From: Candidatus Freyarchaeum deiterrae
GTDB taxonomy: Archaea; Asgardarchaeota; Jordiarchaeia; Jordiarchaeales; Jordiarchaeaceae
DNA length: 64,000 nt
Reading direction: 5' to 3'
NCBI GenBank assembly: GCA_037305845.1
Contig: CP147778.1
Coordinates: forward strand, 2,944,001-3,008,000
Of this stretch, positions 10,499-20,518 are shown piece by piece. Position 1 is the stretch's first letter, and each line of letters opens with the position of its first letter. Both the position numbers and the translations under genes were made by a program. The notes below the pieces were generated by a model that made no database searches, was not told the origin of the DNA, and saw only the letters and a list, made by a program, of their open reading frames with translations.

Positions 10499-11290
10499 CT
10501 ACTTCTTTTTCCCTAAAAATGCTTTTGCCCGTTCTATGTGTTCATCTGTTTGGAAGCATATCGCCTGCATGGTCATTTCGTAATCCAATGCTTCTCTCAA
10601 GCTCGTTGTCATGGCCTTGTTAATCGTTTTTTTGGCTGCTCCAACTGCTCTGGGTGGCAAATCAGCCAGTATCTTAGCATATTCTTTAACTGTGGACATT
10701 AAATCTCCTTCTGGAACCACCTTGTTGACCATTCCGAGTTGCTCCGCCTCCTTCGCTGGTACCAGCTTACCCATAAGAATGATCTCTTTGGCTTTCTGGA
10801 ATCCAACCAGCCTGGGCAGGAGCCAGCTTCCTCCACCGTCGGGTACCAGTCCAATGTGAATAAAAACCTCTCCGAACCTCGCATTTTCTGAGGCTATAAT
10901 GAAGTCGCAAGCTAAAGCCCAGTTGCAAGCGGCGCCCGCCGCCGCACCATTAACCGCTGCAATAATAGGTTTTTCGATATTCCAAATTCGATTGGTTACC
11001 TCCGATGTATAGTAGTACAAGGCTTGTCTTAGCTGCAGCTGGTCTGCTTGATAAAACTCTTTCATGCCTTCGATGTCTCCGCCGGCGCTAAATGCTTTGC
11101 CTGCTCCTGTTAAAATTATAACTTTGACATCATCATCCATACTCAGAGCATCTAATGCTTCTCTCATTTCCTCTTGCATCTCACGATTTAAGGCGTTCAA
11201 CTTTTCAGGGCGATTCATCGTTATGGTGGCGATACCGTTTTCCTTTTCAACAATAATATACTGGTAAGAAATAAATCTCACACTCCTCAC
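10499..11290 (-). CDS. Enoyl-CoA hydratase/isomerase (crotonase family)
   Basis: NRPEKLNAL, AFSAGGDI, KPIIAAVNGAAAGA, IGLVPDGGG. Confidence 0.93.
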   Translation of the reverse strand: MRSVRFISYQYIIVEKENGIATITMNRPEKLNALNREMQEEMREALDALSMDDDVKVIILTGAGKAFSAGGDIEGMKEFYQADQLQLRQALYYYTSEVTNRIWNIEKPIIAAVNGAAAGAACNWALACDFIIASENARFGEVFIHIGLVPDGGGSWLLPRLVGFQKAKEIILMGKLVPAKEAEQLGMVNKVVPEGDLMSTVKEYAKILADLPPRAVGAAKKTINKAMTTSLREALDYEMTMQAICFQTDEHIERAKAFLGKKK

Positions 11291-11410
11291 GGACTTTAAA
11301 ATAATTTCAAATTAAAAAATTAAAGATAATCTACTTCTTTTATAACTTTCCATAAAAAGTTTGCTAGAAAAGAAAATAGAGAAATGTAATAAAAAATTAA
11401 AACTGATATC

Positions 11411-12205
11411 TTATTTTCCTATGGACACTCCTTGTGGGTCGAGCTCATGGAGTATCCTGACTTCTTCCCTAGTAGGTACAGGTGTTGTTTCAAGGTCATC
11501 TGCGATTAGCAACTCGAAGCCGCAATTCTCCTTTATCTGCTCCAGCGTGACACCGGGGTGTATGGATATCAGTCTCATTCTCTTGGTTTCTTTGTCGAAA
11601 TCGTATATTCCTAGTTGTGTTATTACTCTGTATGGGCCGGATCCTTCGGGTAATCCTGCTTTCTCTCTTGCCCCTGGTCCGGTGAGGTAACCTGGTGTTG
11701 TTATGAAGTCAACCTTCTTTACAAAGGTTCTCGGTACCTGGTTTCTCATTACGTAAATAGTTCTATTTGATAGTGAGCCGATATCATTCGCTCCACCACT
11801 TCCTGGGAAGCGCACACTTGGAGCATCATGATCTCCGATGCATGTGGTGTTCAGGTTTCCGTACATGTCTATCTGTGCTCCGCCAAGAAAACCGTAATCA
11901 ATGTAGCCCGCTTGGCAGGCTGACATGACATCGTGCATGCTTGAGGCTCCTATCGCTTTATAGAATGTTCTTGAGTCTCCCACGGAAATGGGTAAAGTTG
12001 GTATTTGGGGCCCCATGCCTCCAGCTTCGAAAATAATCAGCAGGTTAGGAGCGTGTGTTTTTTGGGCAAGCATAGTCGCAATCATTGGTAAACCGGTTCC
12101 CACGAAAACGGATTTTTTATCTTCAAGTACTTTGGATGCTGCAACTGCTAGGAGTTCACCCATTGTGTATTTGTGTTCTCCACTAATTTTGTGTAATTCA
12201 CTCAT
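11411..12205 (-). CDS. Family I CoA-transferase beta subunit (glutaconate/3-oxoacid type)
   Basis: FVGTGLP, IFEAG, GFLGGAQIDMYGNLN, PGSGGANDI, SIHPGV. Confidence 0.9.
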   Translation of the reverse strand: MSELHKISGEHKYTMGELLAVAASKVLEDKKSVFVGTGLPMIATMLAQKTHAPNLLIIFEAGGMGPQIPTLPISVGDSRTFYKAIGASSMHDVMSACQAGYIDYGFLGGAQIDMYGNLNTTCIGDHDAPSVRFPGSGGANDIGSLSNRTIYVMRNQVPRTFVKKVDFITTPGYLTGPGAREKAGLPEGSGPYRVITQLGIYDFDKETKRMRLISIHPGVTLEQIKENCGFELLIADDLETTPVPTREEVRILHELDPQGVSIGK

Positions 12206-12215
12206 TGACCTCACC

Positions 12216-13256
12216 TCACTTTTTACGCCAGGGCGCTACCATAGGTGCTCTTAACTGTTCGACTTTCCTAAGGTAGTTTAGTTTCTTCACTCCGCCTACC
12301 ACGCTTAGATATTCTTCGAAGTCCTCGGTGCCGAATACATACTTGTCGAGATATTGTGTTATGCCTTCGTCTGTCTTCGAGAGTTCAAGCCACTCAGCGA
12401 TTTGTTCTTCATCAAAGAAGTACAGGTAGGGCATTTCGCAGGGGTGGGAACCGAAGGGGACTTCACAAACCGCGTCGACACAGTAGAACGGAATTGAAGT
12501 GCGCCACGGCTCGTTTCTAATTCTCTCCTCTGGAATTATTTCCTCTGTCGTTATTATCAGTCTTCTTGCGGCTCTTGAGAGTTCGAAATCCTCAATTATT
12601 ATGCCGTCGATTTGGGCGTTACCATATTTGTCGCATCTGGGTACGTGGATGAAAACCACGTCCGGATTGCATGAGGGAATTAGACATATTGGTTTACCGC
12701 TGAAAGGATCTTCCACCACTATGGCGGAGCTGTAGTTAAATGTATCAGTACCCACGAGGTTTCTTGAAGGGATAAAAGGTACTCCCATCATTCCACCTAG
12801 AAAACGCCACTGATAACCAGCATTACTTATTTCACCGGTGATTTTGCATTTTCCTGTCTCAGCCATTCTTCTCGATGCTGGGGATAAGCCTCTCAGCTCG
12901 TGTGCAAACGAGTAAGCAATCTCCGCTTTGTTAACCGCACCGGAGCCCATAAGAATGTCTAAATCGTGAACAGCTGTCTTTCCTGCCATTGTTAGGTTCT
13001 TTTTCTTCTGTCTTACTATCTCATAAACTACAGACATGGCGACTCTAATGTGGCCGAAACCGCCTGAGGCGATGAAACTTCCGTCTTTGACATATTTTGA
13101 AACTGCTTCCTTCACCGTCATTGTTTTGTCTTCTAGGTCTCTGGTTTTGTTTTCTCTAATCCACTTTCGATGCTCATCTGGGTCGTGCCAACCTATTAGT
13201 TCGCCTTTCCCTTTAGCTAAAATTTTTAATTCCTTTTCAATTTTTAGTTTCGTCAA
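12216..13256 (-). CDS. Family I CoA-transferase alpha subunit
   Basis: EAVSKYVKDG..IASGGF, GVPFIP, PDV.FIHV..CDKYGN, PFGSHP; adjacent to the beta subunit. Confidence 0.9.
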   Translation of the reverse strand: MTKLKIEKELKILAKGKGELIGWHDPDEHRKWIRENKTRDLEDKTMTVKEAVSKYVKDGSFIASGGFGHIRVAMSVVYEIVRQKKKNLTMAGKTAVHDLDILMGSGAVNKAEIAYSFAHELRGLSPASRRMAETGKCKITGEISNAGYQWRFLGGMMGVPFIPSRNLVGTDTFNYSSAIVVEDPFSGKPICLIPSCNPDVVFIHVPRCDKYGNAQIDGIIIEDFELSRAARRLIITTEEIIPEERIRNEPWRTSIPFYCVDAVCEVPFGSHPCEMPYLYFFDEEQIAEWLELSKTDEGITQYLDKYVFGTEDFEEYLSVVGGVKKLNYLRKVEQLRAPMVAPWRKK

Positions 13257-13492
13257 AACTAGTCACCCTTTAATGAACTGAACAACAGCGAATGGATTAA
13301 TTTATATCTTTTTTTCAAAGATTGTTTCTAATTAAAAGTAATAAATATTAAAATTTTCCAATAATATTTGTTATTATTAAAAAAATTAAAGAAAAAATAT
13401 ACAGAGCAACTAAGGAACTTTTCTACAAAGGACTTGCTTCTTAATTGGGACTATTTATTATGCGACTAATCCAAATTCTCTTAAAATTATTA

Positions 13493-14659
13493 TCATTTCC
13501 TACTAGGTTCTGATAAGCTTCTGTAAACTTCAACCATTTCTTTTGCAATGCTTTCCCATCTGAATTTGTCGAGTTTTTTTCGTCCCATTATACCCATGTC
13601 CTTCATAAATACGGGGTCGTTTAAACAGTAATTAACTCCCCATGCAATTGAATCGGAAGATACGTTTACTTTAACCCCATCCACAAAGTTGTTTATGTTT
13701 TCAGCGAGCCCGCCAACTTCTGTTGCAACAACACCTTTTTTAGCACTCCACGCTTCCAGCAAAACTAAGCCGAACGGTTCATTTCTGCTCGGGATAACCA
13801 CTAAATCAACGGATTTTAATACTCTTACAAACTCCATGTCGGGCAAATAGCCCAGAAATCTTACAGAATCACCAAAATCTCTTGCCTTACCATCAAGATG
13901 CATGCGCATATCTCCGTCTCCCGCGAAGAGGAATTTTGCATTCGATTGGTGTTCTAGGACTTTTGGTACGGCGTCAATCAACAAATCCGGTCCTTTCTGG
14001 TAAACAAGTCTACCCATGTAGAATACAATCGGTTCGGGAGGATTTACTCCATACTCTTTTTTTACTTCATCAGCATCAATATCTACGTCGAATTTTTCGG
14101 GATCTATGCCGTTAGGAATAACCTGTATTTTCCATTCTGGAATGTTATAAAGCCACATTGCTTCATCCCTTAAGGACTGAGAGATGGTAGTAATCCTTTT
14201 GCAAATGAAGGCGGCGTACCATTCCTTGCCGGAAATTTCTTTGAACTCCCACCAGCCTCCAAATTCATTACCGTTTCTTCCGTATTCCGTAGAGTGAAGA
14301 GTCAAGACAGTTGGTCGGTTCTGAAGAAGGTGTAAGGCTTCGGTTGGATGCCAGTCATGGAAGTGGAGGACATCGAATTTTCCATTGCTCTCTTCCTTCA
14401 AATAATCATCAACCATCTGTAAACTCATGTCTTTGGAGTATTCAATTATATTAGGTCCAGAGGGATGGCATCGATGATAAAAAACACCCTTTTTTTCAGC
14501 AATCTTCTTCTGAGTCGGTAAACCCGGAGTGAAGAAGTGAACCTCATGCCCTTCCTTTACCAACCTTTCAGCAAGATTAGTAGATGCCATTGCAAGCCCT
14601 CCGACCCTTACCGAATAAAGGGATTCCCAACAAAAGAAAGCTATTCTAAGAGTTTCCAT
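13493..14659 (-). CDS. Glycosyltransferase family 4 (glycogen synthase-like)
   Basis: VGGLA, HFHDW, HSTEYGRNG, GRLVYQKG, PSRNEPFGLVLLEAW; start may be 14680. Confidence 0.92.
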   Translation of the reverse strand: METLRIAFFCWESLYSVRVGGLAMASTNLAERLVKEGHEVHFFTPGLPTQKKIAEKKGVFYHRCHPSGPNIIEYSKDMSLQMVDDYLKEESNGKFDVLHFHDWHPTEALHLLQNRPTVLTLHSTEYGRNGNEFGGWWEFKEISGKEWYAAFICKRITTISQSLRDEAMWLYNIPEWKIQVIPNGIDPEKFDVDIDADEVKKEYGVNPPEPIVFYMGRLVYQKGPDLLIDAVPKVLEHQSNAKFLFAGDGDMRMHLDGKARDFGDSVRFLGYLPDMEFVRVLKSVDLVVIPSRNEPFGLVLLEAWSAKKGVVATEVGGLAENINNFVDGVKVNVSSDSIAWGVNYCLNDPVFMKDMGIMGRKKLDKFRWESIAKEMVEVYRSLSEPSRK

Positions 14660-15016
14660 AACTCTACACACCTTCTTCATACATCAGAACATAACTCTTA
14701 TCTGAATCTTCAAGCTTCACTGAATTGTTTTCTTAATTTCTTCTCTCTATGCGATTTCAATTCATTTTTCGTTTTTATCAACGTTAAGCTAAGTTCCACC
14801 CTCAATGTGTTTTCAGAACAACTTTGACCTATCTCGCACTCTAGTTTACCTAGAACATAAATGTATATAACCATTTCCAAAAATGCAATTTTTAATCTCA
14901 GAATCCGACTGCAGGCCGACTTTTTTCACAATAAGTGGGTCAAACCATCGGTATCCAAGAGGATATAAATTTTATAGAATCTCAAATAATAAAATAAAAA
15001 AGAATTGGCAGAATTT

Positions 15017-16861
15017 TTAGCTGTACATCGAGTCTGCTGCGTCTTGCAGTCCGAGTTCATCCAGCTTCTCTTTTGTGGGTTTGCCGGTTTCCCAATCCCA
15101 TTTTCTTTTTTCGTAGTATTCTTTTAGCATGGCTTCCATGTCTGGAGTTTTTCCGGCTGTGCTTCCCTCAGTCAGGGGTTGTATCGCAATTTTGGGCATT
15201 CGGTCGTCTTTTCTTGTTACCCCCCTCTTATTGTTTATAGTTCTTTTTAGGTTTGTAATTCTCTCACCGATTTTTAGAATGTCTCCTGGTGTGCAGTTCC
15301 ATCCCGTGATGGCGTTTAGCATATTTACGACTTGAGTTATGGTGGACTGTGTGAGATTACACATGAGCAGCGAATCATAGACGTGTCTCACGTCTTGAAA
15401 TTTTATAAAATCACCCGCTCTTCCTTTCATATTTAATCTATATCTCGGTCCAAATATTCCAAGCTCGGGTATTCCTAGGGAGATTTCTAATGAGAACCAG
15501 TCCGGTCTATTATGGTCGGCTCCTCTGGATGATGTCACATAGGCGAGTGCTTGGCCAAAGAATGCTCGAGGATCGTGCATGGGAATTTCCAGTCCCCTGA
15601 TATGTGCCGCCTCATCCGCGCTGACATTGTACTTCTTAGCTATTCCCTGGACGCCTTCAGCTAGTAAGTTTCCGAATCCCTTTCTATTGGCAATCATCTC
15701 TATCAGCTTATTTTCAGCATCAGCGTCTCCCCACTTTAACTTCATCCCCACATCTTTTTCTTTAATAGTTTTCTTCTCGAAAAGATAAAAGGCGAACGCT
15801 ATACTAACTCCCGTGGAGATGGTGTCGAGTCCATAAGCGTTGCAAAGATGGTTCCCATATAGAAGCTTATCCAAATCAAAGTTATCGCAGAGGGGACCCA
15901 GAGCTACCATAGTTTCATACTCGGGTGTGTCAACATCACTCAAACCCATTTTGTTGAACTCTATTGTCTTTCCGCACCCAATGGGACATCCATAACAGGC
16001 GTAAGCCCTCACCGGATACTGCTCTTGGATTTTTGTCATAACAATTTTTTCAATCGGGAACACCGCTCCCTGAAAGTACTTGTAAGGAACATCACCAAGC
16101 AATGATCCCAAGTCTAAATACCCCATGGTTCCGTACTCTTTCAGTAGGTGGTAAAAGGGAGCAGCTGATTGGGTTGCTATCGACTCATCATAAATCTTAT
16201 CCAGTTTTTCACCGTCAGCTATTGTGGGTTTTGTTTTACCGTAAACCGCAAGGGCCTTTAAATTTTTAGAACCCATAACGGCTCCAAAACCGGTTCTACC
16301 CGCAGCCCTTCCGGCATCATTTATCACACAGGCATATTTGACAAGGTTTTCGCCGGCAAGTCCTATGCAGGAAACTCTCGCCGCTGTTTCACCAAGATCT
16401 TTCTTGATTATATCCTGGGTTTCATAGCAGTCCTTTCCCCATAAGTGGCTCGCATCTTTTAATTCTGCTTCACCATCGTGTATCCACAGGTAGACTGGTT
16501 TGTCCGCCTTACCGGTTATAATAACCCCATCGAAACCAGTTCTTTTTAATAAGGCACCAAAGCCTCCCCCCGAAGTTGAATCTCCCCAATATCCAAGTGC
16601 TGAAAGCCCCGCTATCCCGAACCTACTTCCGGAAGGAACCCTAGTCGCGGTGAAGGGGCCGGTCATATAAGCAATGTAGTTTTCTGGAGAGAAGGGATCC
16701 AAATCCGGTGTGATATATTCAAAGAGTAATCTGGCAGCCAGCCCCGTTCCTCCTATGTACTCCTTCATCCACTCTTCTTTTAGTTCCATTAGTTCAAATT
16801 TCTTGTCAGTTAGGTTCACTTTCAATATTTTACCATTGTAACCATTCACCATTTCCATCAC
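15017..16861 (-). CDS. aor: Tungsten-containing aldehyde:ferredoxin oxidoreductase family protein
   Basis: GRTGFGAVMGSKNLKA, CYGCPIGC, PEYET, GLDTIS, HDPRA, RGADH, YYEKRKWD..TGKPT. Confidence 0.93.
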   Translation of the reverse strand: MMEMVNGYNGKILKVNLTDKKFELMELKEEWMKEYIGGTGLAARLLFEYITPDLDPFSPENYIAYMTGPFTATRVPSGSRFGIAGLSALGYWGDSTSGGGFGALLKRTGFDGVIITGKADKPVYLWIHDGEAELKDASHLWGKDCYETQDIIKKDLGETAARVSCIGLAGENLVKYACVINDAGRAAGRTGFGAVMGSKNLKALAVYGKTKPTIADGEKLDKIYDESIATQSAAPFYHLLKEYGTMGYLDLGSLLGDVPYKYFQGAVFPIEKIVMTKIQEQYPVRAYACYGCPIGCGKTIEFNKMGLSDVDTPEYETMVALGPLCDNFDLDKLLYGNHLCNAYGLDTISTGVSIAFAFYLFEKKTIKEKDVGMKLKWGDADAENKLIEMIANRKGFGNLLAEGVQGIAKKYNVSADEAAHIRGLEIPMHDPRAFFGQALAYVTSSRGADHNRPDWFSLEISLGIPELGIFGPRYRLNMKGRAGDFIKFQDVRHVYDSLLMCNLTQSTITQVVNMLNAITGWNCTPGDILKIGERITNLKRTINNKRGVTRKDDRMPKIAIQPLTEGSTAGKTPDMEAMLKEYYEKRKWDWETGKPTKEKLDELGLQDAADSMYS

Positions 16862-18114
16862 CAGTCAACCATTTTTCCCTCGTAAGCATACTCGAAAATT
16901 CGTCTGAGTTCCGCCTCACTGGTAGGTCTCATGCTTTGAACAACTGTGGGGTCCTCTATGGCGTATTTGGCTAGATGGTCTAGCTGTTTTTCGAAATCGC
17001 TCTTACTTATATTTAAGTCCTTTAAGGCAGTAGAGACCCCCAGATTTTTCATGAAATCTATAAATTTATTCACAAGCTTGCTTAGGTATTCTTCTTTGGT
17101 TTTTGCTTCTATTCCCAAATTCTTAGCGAGTTCCACATAGTCTTCGGTCATCTTCGCCTCATACTTTAAAACGTATGGGATAAAGATTCCCACGGTTAAT
17201 CCGTGATGGACTCTGAAGATTTTGCCCAGTGAATGGCCCAACGAGTGTGTTAAGGCAGCACTCGCGTTTCCAAAAGCCAGCCCCGCCATGAATGCTGCCA
17301 GCTGCATATTAAACCGACCCTCCATACTTTTAGGATTTCTATAAACTATGGGTAAATAATTCATGATGGTCTTAATTGCCCCAATCGCCAGAGAATCGGT
17401 TAATGGATTTGTCCACTGTCTATTAATAAATGCCTCAAAGGCGTGAGACAACGCATCAAGTCCGGTTCCTACAGTGAGTGACGGGGGCATTCCCGCCGTC
17501 ATTTCTGGAATTAACGCGGCATAATCCGGCATGACCTCCGGGTGAGTTAAGGCTATCTTTCTAGGTGGCTCTGCTTTGAGATCTGATAACATCATTGAAA
17601 AAGTGGCTTCAGATCCGGTTCCCGCAGTTGTCGGTATAGCCATCATGAGAGCCTTACTTCTGAGACCAATCGGCAACAAAGGAATAAGGGACGCGAGATT
17701 CGTTCCCGGTTTCTCATACTTTATCCAAGCCGCCTTACAGGCATCCATCGCTGAACCACCACCCACCGCCACCAGTAAATCCGGTCCGAATTCTTCCATA
17801 TCTTTAGCAATTTCGTCTACAACGGGTATAGGTGGCTCCGGCACTGCTTTGCAGCACATATTGGTAATGAAACCTGCTTGCTCAAAAAGCGGAACTAAAT
17901 TCTCCGCCAGCTTCCTTATTGGTTCGTCGGTTACAAAGAAAGCACGTTTCTTTTCTCTCATCATTGCGATTGTTCCCAGACCCCTTATCAAAGACATTTT
18001 ACCCATGAAAACCTTTGGGCAAGAAAAAGTTCCAAGTAAACGCCGCATAGGCCTAGCTCCGAAAACAGTAAGCAAAAGTCTCAGTGGATATTGGTACAAC
18101 ACATAATCCGACAA
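16858..18114 (-). CDS. Iron-containing alcohol dehydrogenase
   Basis: AVGGGSAMDACK, IPTTAGTGSE, GLDALSHAFE, THSLGH..G....HG; TTG start at 18114 follows an AGGAGG RBS; overlaps the AOR start (ATGA). Confidence 0.92.
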   Translation of the reverse strand: MSDYVLYQYPLRLLLTVFGARPMRRLLGTFSCPKVFMGKMSLIRGLGTIAMMREKKRAFFVTDEPIRKLAENLVPLFEQAGFITNMCCKAVPEPPIPVVDEIAKDMEEFGPDLLVAVGGGSAMDACKAAWIKYEKPGTNLASLIPLLPIGLRSKALMMAIPTTAGTGSEATFSMMLSDLKAEPPRKIALTHPEVMPDYAALIPEMTAGMPPSLTVGTGLDALSHAFEAFINRQWTNPLTDSLAIGAIKTIMNYLPIVYRNPKSMEGRFNMQLAAFMAGLAFGNASAALTHSLGHSLGKIFRVHHGLTVGIFIPYVLKYEAKMTEDYVELAKNLGIEAKTKEEYLSKLVNKFIDFMKNLGVSTALKDLNISKSDFEKQLDHLAKYAIEDPTVVQSMRPTSEAELRRIFEYAYEGKMVDW

Positions 18115-18268
18115 AAGCTGTCCTCCTAACATTTCAACAAAAACAGATGTATACTTTTTACACTTAACCAAAATTATAAGCATTTTGGCAATAACAGAAA
18201 TTCTGAAATGTATTAAAATAGGTTTTACACCAATAAAATGAATTCTCAAACCAAATAGATGATTCTGC

Positions 18269-18553
18269 TTATCCTCCAGCAGCTATTACTCCTATAGCCA
18301 ACTCAGTGTCCTCAGGAACTTCTAAGACTGTGTTCGAATCCCTAATCATCTCCCCATTAATTATCACCAGAGCATGTCTTTTTATGGTTCGGTTTATCGG
18401 GTCGTAAAGAAATCTGCTGAATTTTTCTCCGTATCTCTCCGCTAAAATACCGAACAAATCCTCTACGCTTGTTTTGTCTGGGATTTCAATTTCCTCCGTG
18501 GTTTTCCCCAGCGCGGAGCCTATTATATTGAGGTAACGGATTTTTAACTTCAT
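18269..18553 (-). CDS. MoaD/ThiS/SAMP ubiquitin-like sulfur carrier
   Basis: Beta-grasp size, IING motif, C-terminal AAGG; upstream of ADH-AOR. Confidence 0.85.
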   Translation of the reverse strand: MKLKIRYLNIIGSALGKTTEEIEIPDKTSVEDLFGILAERYGEKFSRFLYDPINRTIKRHALVIINGEMIRDSNTVLEVPEDTELAIGVIAAGG

Positions 18554-18686
18554 ACTTCTGCCCCGCAAGCTCAGAATTCTCGTAGGAATTCTTACTTATT
18601 GTACCTTTCTGATTTCTTTAATTTGATTGATATCCCGAAATATTTAAGTACAACGTGGAATCCTTCAGGTTTTCGGAGGGTTAAGT

Positions 18687-19136
18687 ATGAGTTACAAAGG
18701 CAAGATTTTTCCCGAATTTAAGCTAGGAGACAAGCTGGTGTCTCACTCGATAACAGTTACGGAATCCCACATAACGCTCTTCGCTGGGTTATCCGGAGAT
18801 TTTAATCCTTTACACATGAATAAGGAGTTTGCGCAAAATACGCCTTTTAAAGAAAGGATTTCTCATGGCATGCTTACATTATCTATTGGATCTGGATTCC
18901 TAGGTATGCTTCTGGCAGGAACCGCCATAGCGTTTATGGAGACGGGATGCAGTTTCAAAGCCGCCGTAAAAATCAATGATACCATTCACACGGAGTTGGA
19001 AGTTGCGGAAATGAAGCCTGTGCAGAAGTATGATGGGGGAATAGTGAAGTTTAATATGAAGATAAAAAATCAGAGAGATGAAACTGTTGTTGAAGGCTAC
19101 GCAACTGTTATGGTATCCAATAAAAGACCAAGTTGA
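18687..19136 (+). CDS. MaoC-like (R)-specific enoyl-CoA hydratase/dehydratase
   Basis: FAGLSGDFNPLH, RISHGML hydratase-2 motif. Confidence 0.92.
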   Translation: MSYKGKIFPEFKLGDKLVSHSITVTESHITLFAGLSGDFNPLHMNKEFAQNTPFKERISHGMLTLSIGSGFLGMLLAGTAIAFMETGCSFKAAVKINDTIHTELEVAEMKPVQKYDGGIVKFNMKIKNQRDETVVEGYATVMVSNKRPS

Positions 19137-19203
19137 ACCGAGACGTATCTGGAAAGAATATTACTATTTCCCTCATATTTAGGCTTTCAGGTCGGTTTTT
19201 CTT

Positions 19204-19599
19204 TTACTTTGTAAGTGTTTTAGCTCTTCCAAAGCGCGAAAATCTCTGCACTAATTTGCGGCTCAGAACGCCGACAATTTTACCCTTTTCTGTTACCGCT
19301 AATCTTTTGAAACCAGTTTTCTGGAATATTTCCAACGCGTCTTTTAGAGAGGCATCTACATCCACCTCTTTAAGTGGTGTTACCATTATGTCCTTGGCGG
19401 TTTTTTTGTCCAAGTTTTCTCTATCAGCAACTAGTCTAAAAATCTGGCCGTCGGTAATCAGACCGATTACCTTTCCTTTATCCTCCACGAAAATTGACCC
19501 TACCTCTGCATCTACCATTTTTTTCGCTACATGGGGAATGTCATCCGTTACTTTACAGGTAACAACATTGAACCTAGCAATATCTCTCACAGTAGACAA
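19204..19599 (-). CDS. CBS-pair domain protein
   Basis: VRDIA...VGSIFV...VIGLITD...AKDIM...RLAV...IVGVLS. Confidence 0.88.
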   Translation of the reverse strand: MSTVRDIARFNVVTCKVTDDIPHVAKKMVDAEVGSIFVEDKGKVIGLITDGQIFRLVADRENLDKKTAKDIMVTPLKEVDVDASLKDALEIFQKTGFKRLAVTEKGKIVGVLSRKLVQRFSRFGRAKTLTK

Positions 19600-19751
19600 A
19601 ATAATTCACCTCCTACAAAAGAAAAATTTCTATTTATCTTAATTTCGAAATTTATAAACTTAACCCATAAACTCCCAAAAATAGCAAGTGAATCATTTTT
19701 AAAGGACCCTAAATTAAGGGGGGGTGGTAAAAAATGATTACAATTTATATT

Positions 19752-20162
19752 TTACAATGGTATAAAAAGGAATTCTGCCCAAAGATGAACTACGGTGCAC
19801 ATTAACGTTAACACGAATGAGACTATAACAAATTCCAGCCAGAACAGGCTGATTTTTCTTCGAAAAACCATGTAGGGCACAGGTGCAACCGTAACAATGA
19901 ATCCTACTAGATAGGGGAAAACGGCGGACAGCCAGGAAACGCCTCTGAGGAGACCTAAAATGTAAGAACTCATGCAAAAGGTGCTGCTTGTGATGACGGG
20001 TACGCCGCCCAGAATTAGCGGTATTGAGTGTAGAAATTCGTGAAATGTAGTAAACATGAACACATAATTCAAAAGCAAAGCCGAGCTACCACCTATTATT
20101 AAAAACAAGTAGGAATGCCAAATTGGTTCTGTTCTCACCAGTCTTTCTTGAACGGTTTTCAT
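19752..20162 (-). CDS. Small membrane protein with HExxH motif (zinc-peptidase-like)
   Basis: 3-4 hydrophobic segments; FHEFLH; GGTGA RBS. Confidence 0.6.
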   Translation of the reverse strand: MKTVQERLVRTEPIWHSYLFLIIGGSSALLLNYVFMFTTFHEFLHSIPLILGGVPVITSSTFCMSSYILGLLRGVSWLSAVFPYLVGFIVTVAPVPYMVFRRKISLFWLEFVIVSFVLTLMCTVVHLWAEFLFIPL

Positions 20163-20518
20163 TCTCTCATCACCTTTAAAGGTTCAAGTCAACCGTCTAC
20201 GAACTGATTCGGCCTTGAAAGGTCTGAAAGGTCTTCGATTAAGTTCGTTAATTTGATGTTATGATAATACGCGTCGTAGTTGGTCTATGATATATATAAC
20301 CTCGATATAATATATAGTTTTCTCATAACCCCCTCGTTGAGCGTTTTCTCGACTGTTTCCCTAGTTACTTCCCCTTTGTCCGTTTAATCCATGAATCTTG
20401 GTTATGTTAACCATTGGAGATTTTGTACTAATGTTCCTCATAAAGAGGCCTTATAAAAAATGAATGCTTCTCGGGGAAAAGATAGAAAAACAGAAAGAAA
20501 TGAGAAAAAAAGGTGTGC

